Made by a program: the position numbers and the translations under genes. The notes below the pieces were generated by a model that was not told the origin of the DNA, did not search any database, and saw only the letters and a list, made by a program, of their open reading frames with translations. DNA of 64,000 nt from positions 558,001 to 622,000 of the forward strand of contig OZ076409.1 in assembly GCA_964187785.1 (NCBI GenBank), given 5' to 3'. Position 1 is the stretch's first letter. Each line of letters begins with the position of its first letter. The stretch is from Amphiscolops sp. MND2022 (Eukaryota). Shown piece after piece: positions 51,840 through 63,635 of the stretch.

Positions 51840-52293
51840 GTAAACTATTCTTAGTTGAATTACTTTGACGGTGATATTTCAGCAATGCAAAAATTCATCT
51901 CACTTCTTGTTTCGTAGTCAGTCCTGGAAAAAATTGTGCCGAGTAAAGTTCTATTTTTGACTTTGAGGCTCACTCGAACCGATCGACATATATCCCACTG
52001 ATGTTGTGTGGAGTCTGAAAAATCTAATTGTGCTACCGCGGTTTCATGAAGTAGCCTCAAGGTCGCAACCGTTCAAATCGCTCATCACGGCTTCAAACGC
52101 AAAATTAGCCTTGTGTTTTCTTTAAAACTTTGATAAAATTATAAAAAATATATATTAGTGTCGAATTTATCGTATCAATGCGACTGTTGTAAATGCCGTG
52201 ACATTTGTCGATTGAAGAGAAAGGTATTATTTGGTCTCGAGTTTGTTCGAAATGACTTGAGTACTTAGTACAAGTGAGTGAGTGTTGTGGCAG

Positions 52294-52423
52294 ACATCTT
52301 CCAGTCGATCTCTGCCAAGACGGACGGGGAGCCGTGCTGTGACTGGGTGGGCAGCGAGGGCGCCGGACACTTCGTCAAGATGGTCCACAACGGCATCGAG
52401 TACGGAGACATGCAACTCATCAG
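52294..52423 (+). CDS. PGD: PGD exon 3
   Basis: [21 protein letters not shown] catalytic motif; acceptor gtggcag|AC, donor AG|GTGAGT. Confidence 0.95.
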
Positions 52424-53072
52424 GTGAGTGAGTGAGTGAGTGCACATACAATTCACTGTTCACTGTTCAACAACTACGCGTCTCTACTCGCCGATGCTTC
52501 TCAAACATGCGGATTGCCTTTTGCATGAAGGGGAAGGCGCGCCGCATGTTACCTGAAACTTTTGCAGCACCAATTTCGTACCTTTTGATTACACTTGGGG
52601 TGAGCAAGCGAAACTTGTGCGGAAACGGGTAGCTTTTTCCTTGTTATAACTCGCTGACTTTTTGTTGAATCGCGAAACGTACCAGCTAGTTAGAGCAATT
52701 TGTTTCATCTCAATAACCACAGTTGCTTGTGAACTGTTAGCTGATAAGTTCGTTTTTTTTGCAACACGGATTCTATGCGTGTACCGCGAATTCGGTACCT
52801 TCGACTTCACCTCTAATTCGATCCGTAAAACCTTGTACATGAACTTTTGCAATATTCTGCAGTTGCCAAAATACTTGCCGATCATTTTCAATATCCAGTT
52901 GGGTTCGTATTTCGGGGGACCCTTGCGCAAGTGTAAACTATGCACGGCTTGGTTTCTGTAATGAAAATTGGGGAGTCCGAAATCTTTCCATCTCCTGTAT
53001 TCTTCCATACTAAGGAATGGAAATTGATCAGAGATAGATAGATAGATGCATTGGCTCACTTGACTATTTCAG

Positions 53073-53342
53073 TGAAGCGTACCACATGCTGAAGGCGGTG
53101 TGTGGGCTGTCGAACGACGAGATCAGCGCTGTATTCGAGGAGTGGAACAAGGGCGAGCTGGACTCCTTCCTCATAGAGATCAGTCGCGACATCCTCCGCT
53201 TCAAGGACCCCGCGGACGGAGCCAGTCTGCTGGACAAGATCCTCGACTCCGCCTCCCAGAAGGGCACTGGCAAGTGGACCGGCAGGGCTGGCCTCGACTT
53301 CGGCATCCCCATCACTCTCATAGTCGAGGCCGTCTTCGCCAG
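53073..53342 (+). CDS. PGD: PGD exon 4
   Basis: EAYHMLK...ILDSASQKGTGKWT...EAVFAR (6PGD signature); acceptor atttcag|T, donor AG|GTCAGC. Confidence 0.95.
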
Positions 53343-54715
53343 GTCAGCTCAGCTCAGCTTACTACTACATGTAACTACTTGCTCAGTGGGTGGCTGGGTC
53401 GGTGGGTAATTGGGTTCATGCCACCAATTAATTGCAATTAATTGATCTTGAAGAACTCTTAATTGCAATTAATTGCTCGGTTATTTCACGTCAAAAACGT
53501 TGTTGATAAACGCTTATTCAGTACATTTTGACGAGTGCCTATTACCACAAAAGCTTGAGATGCGATTGTTTTTAAAAATGAATAAAAAACTTTGGGACGA
53601 AAAACTTTGTGAATCGCTGTATAAACCTCAATTGTGATTAAAACTGTTTTATTTTTCAACTTGCCTGTAAATCAAAGTGGCATGAAAAATTTTTGAATAT
53701 CACGTTTTGTGTACAAACGAGAGAAAAATTGCAATAATTGATTGCTCTGGCTAGCAATTAAAATTAATTGATTGCAAATACCCATGATTGATTGGTAGAG
53801 GAGCAATTAATTTTGCCATGCCCTGGGTGGGTTACCGAATGGTGTGGTGGTCAGCACTGCACTGCCTACCTCTGCACCTAAAACTACTCACGTTCAATTT
53901 AATGGTCGTTTCACAGGCGATGGCATGGTACTAGGTGAACCAAAAAACAATGCACAAAATATTCACGTCAAATATTCACGTCACTTCTGAGGAAAGATGC
54001 TAATTTGAATGATTGACAGCAGCGTTCAAAGTTGTTTTCAAACATTTGTTGACAAATATTTGAAACTTCGAGAGCACGAAAATTTCTATGCGTTCCGTTT
54101 TTTATGGTTCACCTAGTAGTACTTTCACAAATGCCCAGTCATGTACCAGCATGTTTTTACGTTTTACTCGCATACACACCCGTGCAACGAACTGTTTCTC
54201 GTCTCGAATTCGCGAGCGTTGTAAAAAAATACGCGCAGCACTGCTTCGCCTGTGTAAAACAAGACTAAGTTCTACATCCTTATATGCTAGGAGGGACTTT
54301 CGACTGTGTTCGCAATGGCTGAGGTTGACCATGTTTTTTGTTCACCGATATTACCTAACCGGAACAAAGCTAACCGACCCAACAGTTCCCAGACAAATGT
54401 CAAGAATCAGTCGTAAAGTATGAAATGATCTCTAACAAAGTTTTCCAGCCGCGTAATGTGGTCTGAAATCTACACATAGTTACCGAGCATATTGAAATAA
54501 AGCATATTCGAAAAATAGATGTTTCTAATTTGTTTTTGCAACCATACTGCATGCATTCATTTACATGGAAAAAATGCTTCTAGTACTCCAGTGTTCCTCT
54601 TCACCCGTTGCTCTCTTCTGATGAAGAGTTGTACGTGCCCTTAATTTATGAACTGTCACTTATTAGCAGCAACAGCTCTGAACAAATTGGTGAAACAAGA
54701 TATGATGCCACAGGT

Positions 54716-56432
54716 GATTACAGGACACTTGCTACTAGTCTAATTGCTACTACAGTTCAATTGCTACTAGGGACATTTGCCACCACTCAATTTTACTACT
54801 ACGCGTTGAAGGTCATCCAGACATTCGTTCTTCAATAACGCACACAATGATGGACAGCAATGCTTCAATTCGACCAAAGCGTCTTTAGATGTGTTTACAA
54901 ATATTGCTCTGATGCAGAAACTGCGGCGATACAAAATAGCTGCCTGTGTCAATCAAATTACTCCAATGTCACCGAAATGGCCTTTAGCACTGAATGCTTA
55001 ACGTTAACTCCAACTGACAATCACTACTTCAGGCATTTGTATGAATAATCGTTGCAATGATTATAGCATTGTAAAAACCATTGTAAACAAACTGATTTGG
55101 TCAAGTGGTCCTACGTTGAACTGTCAACTTTATGACTCGAGTTCGAATCCCTTGTTTGGCACTTTTGTACATAGTTCTACTTTGTCGGAGATGTCATCCG
55201 TGGCTTGAATTTTCTAAAGGACCACCAATTTCTTCCATGACTGCGGAAAAGCCTTCATCCCCTTTATCTATTGGCAAAAAGCCACTGCCGACATTTATTT
55301 TCCACAGGGCCGACTGTCGAAAATGGAAGTAACAACTGGAACTTTGGGTGGATGGGTTTAGGTCCCCAATGCATTCATTGTGGCTCTCATAGTCCATAAT
55401 TCGCTGAGGTTTTCCATTAGGAACTAGTTCCAACAAGGCTTGATAGAAGCGTCTGTAAGTTTTTTTTCTGTTTCATTGGGCAGAGAGCGTACAAACAAGG
55501 CGGATGGTAACCACCGATAGCAATATGAATTGTATAAATTTGATGAAACATTTCTGGGCACTGCTTGAAAGTGCCATCAGCCAGCCGTATGTTGCTTTGG
55601 CATTCCATCAGACTCAGCATTTCAGGAAGAGTAAAAATTAAAAACTGATCGTGGTCATTTATGCCCTTGTCGGAAGCAACGAAATCAAGCAAATCATCGG
55701 GAATTTGGAAATCAGCGGTATGAGGAATGCTTTCGAATTTTCTCTTGTAGCGGTTCAAAGTCTTCACCAGCGTTTCTTGCTTGGGAAAATTCAATTGAGT
55801 CGTTACATTATCCTTAACGGATTGAAGAGATACGAAATGGCGTTATAATTAGTCATGCTGAGCGCTTTTTCTTTCATAACATTCTTCAATTGTCTAGCTT
55901 CTGTCGCCCCTGATTTAAAATTGCAAATGTGATCTTTGGGATCGTTTGTTACAGCATTCCCCGAGGTAATAATTGTCGAACATTTGATTGTGCGATAATT
56001 CTGACATATCCAATAGGTGGTGGTGTTGGTTTCTTGCTTCTTAACATATTCATTTCCCTCAAATATTAGAGTCGGTTTCCGCGGTTAGAAAATCCAAGTT
56101 TGAGGGTCATTTTGAATTCGTTGTAAGTTGTTGATAGATTGTGAAGTTTAAAATGATCGAATGACGTCTGATTGTGTGCCTTGCTTTCACAGCGCCTAGA
56201 TAATTATTCAGTTATAGCCCGTATTTTGTATTCAGTATGAAAAAGGTGTCACTCAACGGTTTAATTAATATTTCTCATTAGCACCTTACTGGACCGTATT
56301 GCACTAAAAATTCTAATTAGTGGCAAATTACCTAGTAGCATTTATCCCCTAGTGGCAATTTGCCTACTAGCAAAAATCCATAGTAGCAAATTACCTATTA
56401 GCAAATTGCTTAGTAGCAAGTGTCCTGACACC
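54716..56432 (-). mobile_element. Mutator/MULE DNA transposon, decayed, in PGD intron 4
   Basis: TIRs with core CAGGACACTTGCTACTA; 9-bp direct repeat GCCACAGGT at 54707-54715 and 56433-56441; FLYWCH-like LIFEGNEY...YWIC and MULE ADGTFKQCP...QIYTIH...PCLYAL remnants. Confidence 0.85.
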
Positions 56433-56639
56433 GCCACAGGTATAAATCGTTTGCATCCTAATTAAATTAATATCAGTATTTAAAAATACATCGTCGAAAA
56501 TCTTAGTAAGATTTTCGACGATGTATTTTTAATTACTGATATTAATTTGATTAAGATGCAAACGATTTATACCTGTGGTGTCAGGACACTTGCTACTAAG
56601 CAGTTTGCTAATAGGTAATTTGCTACTAGGATTTTTGCT
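56369..56639. repeat. ~270-bp near-perfect palindrome centred at 56506
   Basis: CATCGTCGAAAATCTTA-G-TAAGATTTTCGACGATG at the centre; the arms include the MULE TIR and its flank. Confidence 0.92.
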
Positions 56640-57084
56640 TAGTAAATAGCAAAATACATCGAATTTTAAAAATAGACAAAGAACAATTAAATGATAAATA
56701 GACGAGTCGCATTGACATTGAATTAGATATTATTAGAAAAATTTAAAAGTACAAACTAGATATGAGCTGGCATTGGCTCTGGGTTTATGTAACTGTTTTT
56801 CGATGGCGCAGAAAAGCATTGTATACTAACCCCATCAACGTCATGCTTAACGCAACATGAGTGTAATACTTGGTTTCCACCAATATTTTTGAACACTATC
56901 TTACAAAAAAACAACTCTCAATTCTACAGTCCAGTGCCAGAAAAAAGTGAATCAGTTTGAATATTATTATTCATGAAAGGTTACCACAAACTTGCATCTT
57001 CAATTGGAATAATTTGGAAAACTCTTTAATTTGTTCTGCATCAGTTGTAATGTTTGAATGACGTACCTGTTGTTGTCTTTGAAG

Positions 57085-57299
57085 GTGTCTCAGCTCGCTG
57101 AAGGAGGAGCGAGTGACGGCGAGTGGCAAGTTGCAGGGTCCCCAGCCCACCGTGTCGCAGGAGTACAGTAAGGACCCCCAGCAGTTCCTGCAGGCAGTGA
57201 AGAGTGCGCTGTACGCCTCCAAGATCATCTCCTACGCCCAGGGCTTCATGCTCATGAGGGCCGCCAGCCAGGAGCTGAACTGGAACCTCAATATGGGCG
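57085..57299 (+). CDS. PGD: PGD exon 5 (gene continues beyond the window)
   Basis: CLSSLKEERV...ALYASKIISYAQGFMLM; acceptor ctttgaag|G, donor G|GTTAGC. Confidence 0.92.
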
Positions 57300-57377
57300 G
57301 TTAGCGTTTCCCTCCCTCTCTTATCACACACCCACGGCCATAAGGACGGCGTTTAGTCTTCGTCTTAAATAGTACTT

Positions 57378-57721
57378 CTTTCTTAGTCGGCGCTTTTCGT
57401 GAGAAAAGAGTCGACTATAGTCATGGGTTATCGTCAGTGTTTTCTTTTCGATACACCTGAAGTGACCAAAATAGTTCTTCCAAAAGTTCTACAACATTTT
57501 ATATTGTACCTGTGGGCGAGGGAACTGAACCAAAAAGGTTTTTCCGCGTAACATACAATACCGGACAAGACCAAAGGGTCCCCTTTAGATTTTTTTCGGC
57601 ATTGCGAGACTTTTTCAATTTTTCACCAAAGGGTCCACAATTCACCAATAACACTTCGAAGTCTTTTTGCTATTTTTGAGCCTTAGACATGGCGCCGACT
57701 TGCGCCGGGCCCGGTTTGTTT
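57378..57721 (+). mobile_element. DINE-1/HINE-like element, family 1
   Basis: TTAGTCGGCGC...GTCGACTA...GGCGCCGACTTGCGCCGGGCCCGGTTTGTT. Confidence 0.75.
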
Positions 57722-58309
57722 CTATTTCTCTTTGTCTTAGTCTTTATACATCTTTCTTCAAGGACAAGGAATTAAACAAGGACCGTCCAAAAACCGCAGG
57801 TCCGTAGGTTGACAACGTTTTTTGTGCCCATACAAAAGGGCGATTCGGTAAACTGTATTTTTGGTGTCGATACGCTGCGAGCTACAGAGCCTTTTTTGCA
57901 GTGTCAGTAACAGTTCTGTTGAATATCTAAAGGAAAAGAACATGCAAACATGTAGACATGCCAGAAAATTAGTCTAATTTGATTTCGTTTAATCAGATTT
58001 GAACAACTGTAATGTCATTTGAAAAATGCTACTTTGTTCATGCTTCCATGCTGTTCATTCATTAGTTTTTTTTGCTCATTCCCGCTCTAAATCAGTTCTA
58101 ACTTCTCGTTAACTCTCTTTCTCAATCAGAAAACAATTTTGATAGAAACAACAGTTTTTATCGATCAGCTAGTTTAGCACATATATAGAACAACAGTCTC
58201 TATTATTGAGTTATTCTAGCACCGTACATTTTGGTGGCCATTGAGAGGCAAGAGATTTATCACGAATTACTCGAACCTCTATTACAATTACCAAGCAGTT
58301 TATTCCAAC

Positions 58310-61300
58310 ATGGCGGATGAAACTGAAACGCAACGAATGACACGACTGATTAGAACTAGAGGTGGAACTCGAGCAATTGCCACAAGAAGGATGAATCGCC
58401 TGGATGAAATTCTGGCACAAGAATTAACAACAGAAACAAAGCTTGAACTAGCCGCATTGTGCGACGTATTCAAGAAACTTCGACAAACACTCGACGACAT
58501 GAATTCAGATGTTCAAGGGTTGATCGGCGTTGATGAAATTGATGCTGATATGATGACGAGTAACGACTATGATGTAAAACTTGCAGTAGCGATTCAACAA
58601 GTCAATTCAAGGCTAGCAAAAGTTGAAACTGCAACGCTAAGAACGTCGACCGCTTCGACAACTGGAGGTAACCAAGATGCAAGATTGAAGCTACCAAAAC
58701 TTGATATACCCAAATTTGATGGATCATACTCTCAATGGGTATCATTTTCTGACTTGTTTGACGGCGCAGTTCATGCAAATCCAAACCTGACAGGATCCCA
58801 GAAGCTTTTCTACTTGAAGGGATTGCTAACGGGTGAGGCAAAAAGATTGTTAACTTCTATTACAATCACAGACGCAAACTACGAAGAGGCAAGAGACATA
58901 CTGAAAAATCGTTACCAAAACCTCAGAGCAATTGTCAGAGAGCATATTGCCGCAATTGTGAACGCACCGAATGTTAACAAACAAGAAACAGGTTCACTGC
59001 GGAATTTGGCTCAGACAATAGACGAGCACAGACGAGCGCTAGAGGCACTTGGTCAAAACACAGCTGAGATGGACATATTCATAGTCTATCACGTCGTCGA
59101 AAAGATGGATCATGAGTCAAGAAGGCAATGGGAACTGGAACACCCAGGGACAGATATTCTCAAATATGATGACCTCAACAAATTTCTCACAACGAGATGT
59201 CGAGCACTTGAAGCAGCTCATGCAAGCAAACAATCCAACAAGGGGATTGATTTTGGGCAGGCACAAAATGGTGGTAAGCGGAACCATTCACTGTCCGTCA
59301 CTCAAACCAACAAATGCCCACAGTGCAAACAAGCTCATGGATTGTTCGCCTGTGATGAATTCAAGAAGAAGACAGTTGATAATAGACGCAAATTCGTGAG
59401 AGACGAAGGGTTGTGTTTCAACTGTTTACGTTCAGGTCACACAGCTAAAGACTGTTCTTCGACGAAGAAATGTAAGTTATGCAATAAATCTCATAACACG
59501 ATGTTACATATCAATCAAAACAATGTTGCCGCATCAGTGGCCAGCGATGAAACAACCAAAACAAGTACTTGTACACAAATTGCCACAGCCATGGGTTCTA
59601 GCTATCAAGTGTTGCTACAAACAGCCAACATCCAAGTGCTAAGCAAACAAGGACGTCCAGTTTTTTGTCGTGCTCTACTTGACAGTGGGTCACAAATCAA
59701 CCTTATGACTAATGCATGCCGCGCAAAATTGGGACTTGCATTAGAGAACGCTGATTCATCATTCACAGTGGCTGGTACGGGGAAAATTGCGCCAAGCGGG
59801 AAATGCAAGATACAATTACCAATCAAAGACTCAATCATCACAACACCAGCGTTAGTGGTCAAAGGAGGGCTAACAATGCCACTGCCTTCAGTGGAATTTG
59901 ACAGGCCAATCGATTTGCCCAAGCTACCACTGGCTGATTCCAAATTCAATATACCCTCTGAGATTGACATTCTCATTGGCGCTGAACTTTATGAATCACT
60001 TCGAACTGGCAAAACTATCAAACATGGTGATCTTCATTTCACAAGTACAGCTTTTGGCTACGTCGTGTCTGGCCCAATCAAAACAAAGAGCAAAGGATCG
60101 CCAATAGTGAATCACATCATGACACAAGATGATTGTCTTCAGAAATTTTGGGAGACAGAGGAGATACCATTCTCGCCAGAAAACACATGGACCAAGGAAG
60201 AACGAGAATGCTCGAAGCATTACGATGAAACTACGACGCGTCAAAGCGATGGCCGCTTTGTAGTAGAAATGCCGTTCAAGAAACCAACCCCTGCATTTGG
60301 TGACTCATTCAAACAAGCCAGACTGCGTTTCGAAGCACAAGAAAGGAGATTGCAGAGAAACCCTGGGGTGAAGGAGCAATACAAGGCATTCATCAAAGAA
60401 TTCGAAGACATGGGTCACTTAGAAGAAGTGCCTCCAGATGAACTTGATAATGGTTGTGAAAATCATTACTATCTTCCTCACCACGCAGTGTTCAAAGAGT
60501 CAAGTACAACTACCAAGTTGCGAGTAGTATTTGATGGATCGGCAAAGACGTCAAGTGGAGTGTCGCTCAATGACATTCTAATGATTGGTCCAGTACTTCA
60601 ACCTAACATCTTTGATCTGCTGATTCGGTTTCGACTCTACAAATTTGGACTCACAGCCGATGTTGCAAAGATGTATCGCCAAACAGCACTTGCTAAAAAA
60701 GCAAGAAGATTTCACAGACTTTTGTGGCGTGATAATCCAAAGGATGAATTCAGACACCTTTAATTAACACGTGTGATATACGGGATAGCATCAAGTGGCT
60801 ACCATGCTGTTCGCTCACTTCAAGAGACAGCAAAACTCACCGAAAACGAAAATGTTCGCACAGCTATTCTCGAAGGTTTCTACGTGGACGACTTTCTTTC
60901 AGGCTGCAATACCCTGGAAGATGCCAAGGGTCTGCAAGATGAACTCATAGCAACATTGGAAAAAGCCAAATTGCCCCTTCGGAAATGGGTCTCTAATGAT
61001 CAAACACTTGTGGAAAGACTGCCGCCAGATATGCGTGGAGGTGATTTAGTGAATCTATTCGAAGCAGATTCAACTATACGAACGTTGGGAATCACGTGGC
61101 AACCTCAGAAAGACCATTTCAAGTTCACTTGTACCCTACCCAAAATCAATCCACCTGTGACTAAAAGACAAATTTTGTCAGAGATTGCCAAATTGTTCGA
61201 CCCAATAGGGTGGCTAACTCCAATAACCATCAAGGCCAAGATCTGGATTCAGCGTTTGTGGACCCTGGGTCTAGCCTGGGACGAACCTCTGGCAGAAAAT

Positions 61301-63481
61301 CTGATTGAAGAATTCAATGCAGATATCAAGGGCATCGAAACTCTGGAAACATTCACATTGAATCGCTTCATCACAGACTGTGACCCAGTCAAACACGAAA
61401 TTCACTGCTTCACAGATGCATCCATTCATGCATATGCAGCAACTGTTTACCTCGTCACAGAGAAAGCCACAGGCGAAAGAATTTCCCATCTCATTGCAGC
61501 GAAATCAAAGGTTGCCCCCATCAAGACAATCTCATTGCCGCGTTTAGAATTGTGCGGAGCACAATTGGGCGCGAAGTTGACCGATAAGATACTCAAGGCA
61601 TTCAAATCAGTCAATCTGAAGAATCTGGAGACATTCGCATGGACAGATAGCACGATCACGTTAGCTTGGATACAGGCTGTACCTTCAAAATGGAACACAT
61701 TTGTGGCAAACCGAGTGGCCGACATACAAAATTTCATCCCACCATCTCGTTGGTTTCACGTTCCTACGAAGTCAAACCCAGCAGACATTGCATCACGGGG
61801 TACACATGCACCTCAGATAATCAACAACCAACTCTGGTGGAAAGGCCCTCAATTCTTGACGAGTCTCAATCAATGGCCCGACAAGCCGGTCATTGGAGAA
61901 GTTGCAATTGAGAAAAGGAAAATCAAACCAAGCGTGTATAGCGTCGTGTTACCTACGCCACAACTAGATCATGAAAGGTTCTCACAATATAAACGACTGA
62001 GAAACACGCAAGGTTATGTTTTGAGATTCATTCGACAATTGCGTTCGAAGGGTCGACAACAACTTTGTCTCACATTGACCGAACTGAAGTCTGCTCAACA
62101 CCAAATAGTCAAAGATCATCAAGCTCAATACTTTCAAGAGGAAATTCAACTACTCCGTGAAGAAAGGCAGCTTCCACGGAAACACAAATTCATTGGACTG
62201 AATCCCTTTATTGATGAAACCGACGGTCTTATGAAAGTCGGTGGCCGATTGTATCAATCTGACATGGACGACAATGTCAAACTTCCAGTTCTACTCCAAG
62301 CCGATTCTCATCTCGTGAAGATTTTGATTCGTCATCATCATCAACAATGTCTTCATGCTGGTCCACAATCGACATTGTACAACCTTCGTCAACAATTTTG
62401 GTTCGTGAATGCCCGAAATGTTGTTCGTCGAATAATTCAAGCGTGTACTACATGTGCTCGGTTCGCACATACATCATTTCAAACCCCTATGGGACCTTTG
62501 CCTGAAGAAAGAATCACTCCTAGTAAGCCATTTACAAATTGTGGCATTGACTTCGCCGGACCATTTCATATCAAGTTGAAAGGAACTTTGAAATCAACAG
62601 AGAAAGTGTACATCTCATTGTTTGTTTGCTTCGCCACAAAGGCCATTCACCTGGAAATTGTCTCTAGTTTGACTACCGAAGCATGCATTGCCGCATTGAA
62701 ACGATTTGTAGCAAGGCGGGGAGTACCGGCTGCAATATTTAGCGATAATGGTACAAATTTTATTGGTGCACGAAATGAACTTATACAACTTAAATTGATC
62801 CTAGCGAAAAGGAGAAATTCTGTTTCACAATTTGCTACAAATCTTGGAACACAATGGACGATGATCCCGCCCCGAGCCCCACACTTCGGAGGATTATGGG
62901 AAGCAGGCGTGAAGGCTGTCAAGCTGCATCTCAAAAAGATCATATGCAATACAATTCCTTCGTATGAAGAGTTCCTAACACTAGTTATACAAATTGAAGG
63001 AATATTGAATTCACGTCCACTATCCCCGATGAGCTCCGAACCTAACGACTTGGAACCCCTAACGCCAGGGCATTTCCTCATGGGAACTTGCCCAAATAGT
63101 CTGCCAGAAGACCCAAGACAATTAAACATCTCGAGTGAAAGGCGATACCACCTTGTCAAGAAGATGAGACAACAGTTTTGGAATCGCTGGTCTCGAGAAT
63201 ATCTGAATCAACTTCAAAATGTGTCTAAGTGGAAACATATTGGTCGGCAACCCAACGTTCATGATTTGGTCTTGATTGCCGAAGACAATACAACACCTCT
63301 CCAGTGGCCTATTGCAAGGATACTTGAACTTTATCAAGGAAATGATGAAATATCTCGGGTTGCAAAACTCAAGACGAAGAATGCTATACTAATTCGGCCT
63401 GTGACAAAACTCAGACCCCTTCTATCAGAAATCTCGCGTGACCAAGTGGAGGTCTCTCATGACCATGCTGAATCTACTTAA
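58310..63481 (+). CDS. BEL/Pao gag-pol polyprotein with one in-frame TAA (60761-60763)
   Basis: LPKLDIPKFDG gag; three Cys/His knuckles; LLDSGSQ protease; YYLPHH, LRVVFDGS and YVDD RT; FTDAS RNase H; IDFAGP, SDNGTNF and WEAGVK integrase; the two ORF-track ORFs are in the same frame. Confidence 0.93.
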
Positions 63482-63635
63482 TGAAGTTACAAGGATATTG
63501 TTATTATCCACTTACCCTACCCATTTTCAATCCACTTAGGATAACATTATCTTATCCTCTTAGTTTGTTACAACGTTTACCCACTCTCAATCCACGTACA
63601 AAACACAATCATTAAATTCATTTGAGGAGACTCAC

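Noticed and set aside
60761..60763. Programmed gag-pol readthrough
   Set aside because: The stop lies mid-RT and BEL elements normally encode one continuous polyprotein; a nonsense mutation is simpler.
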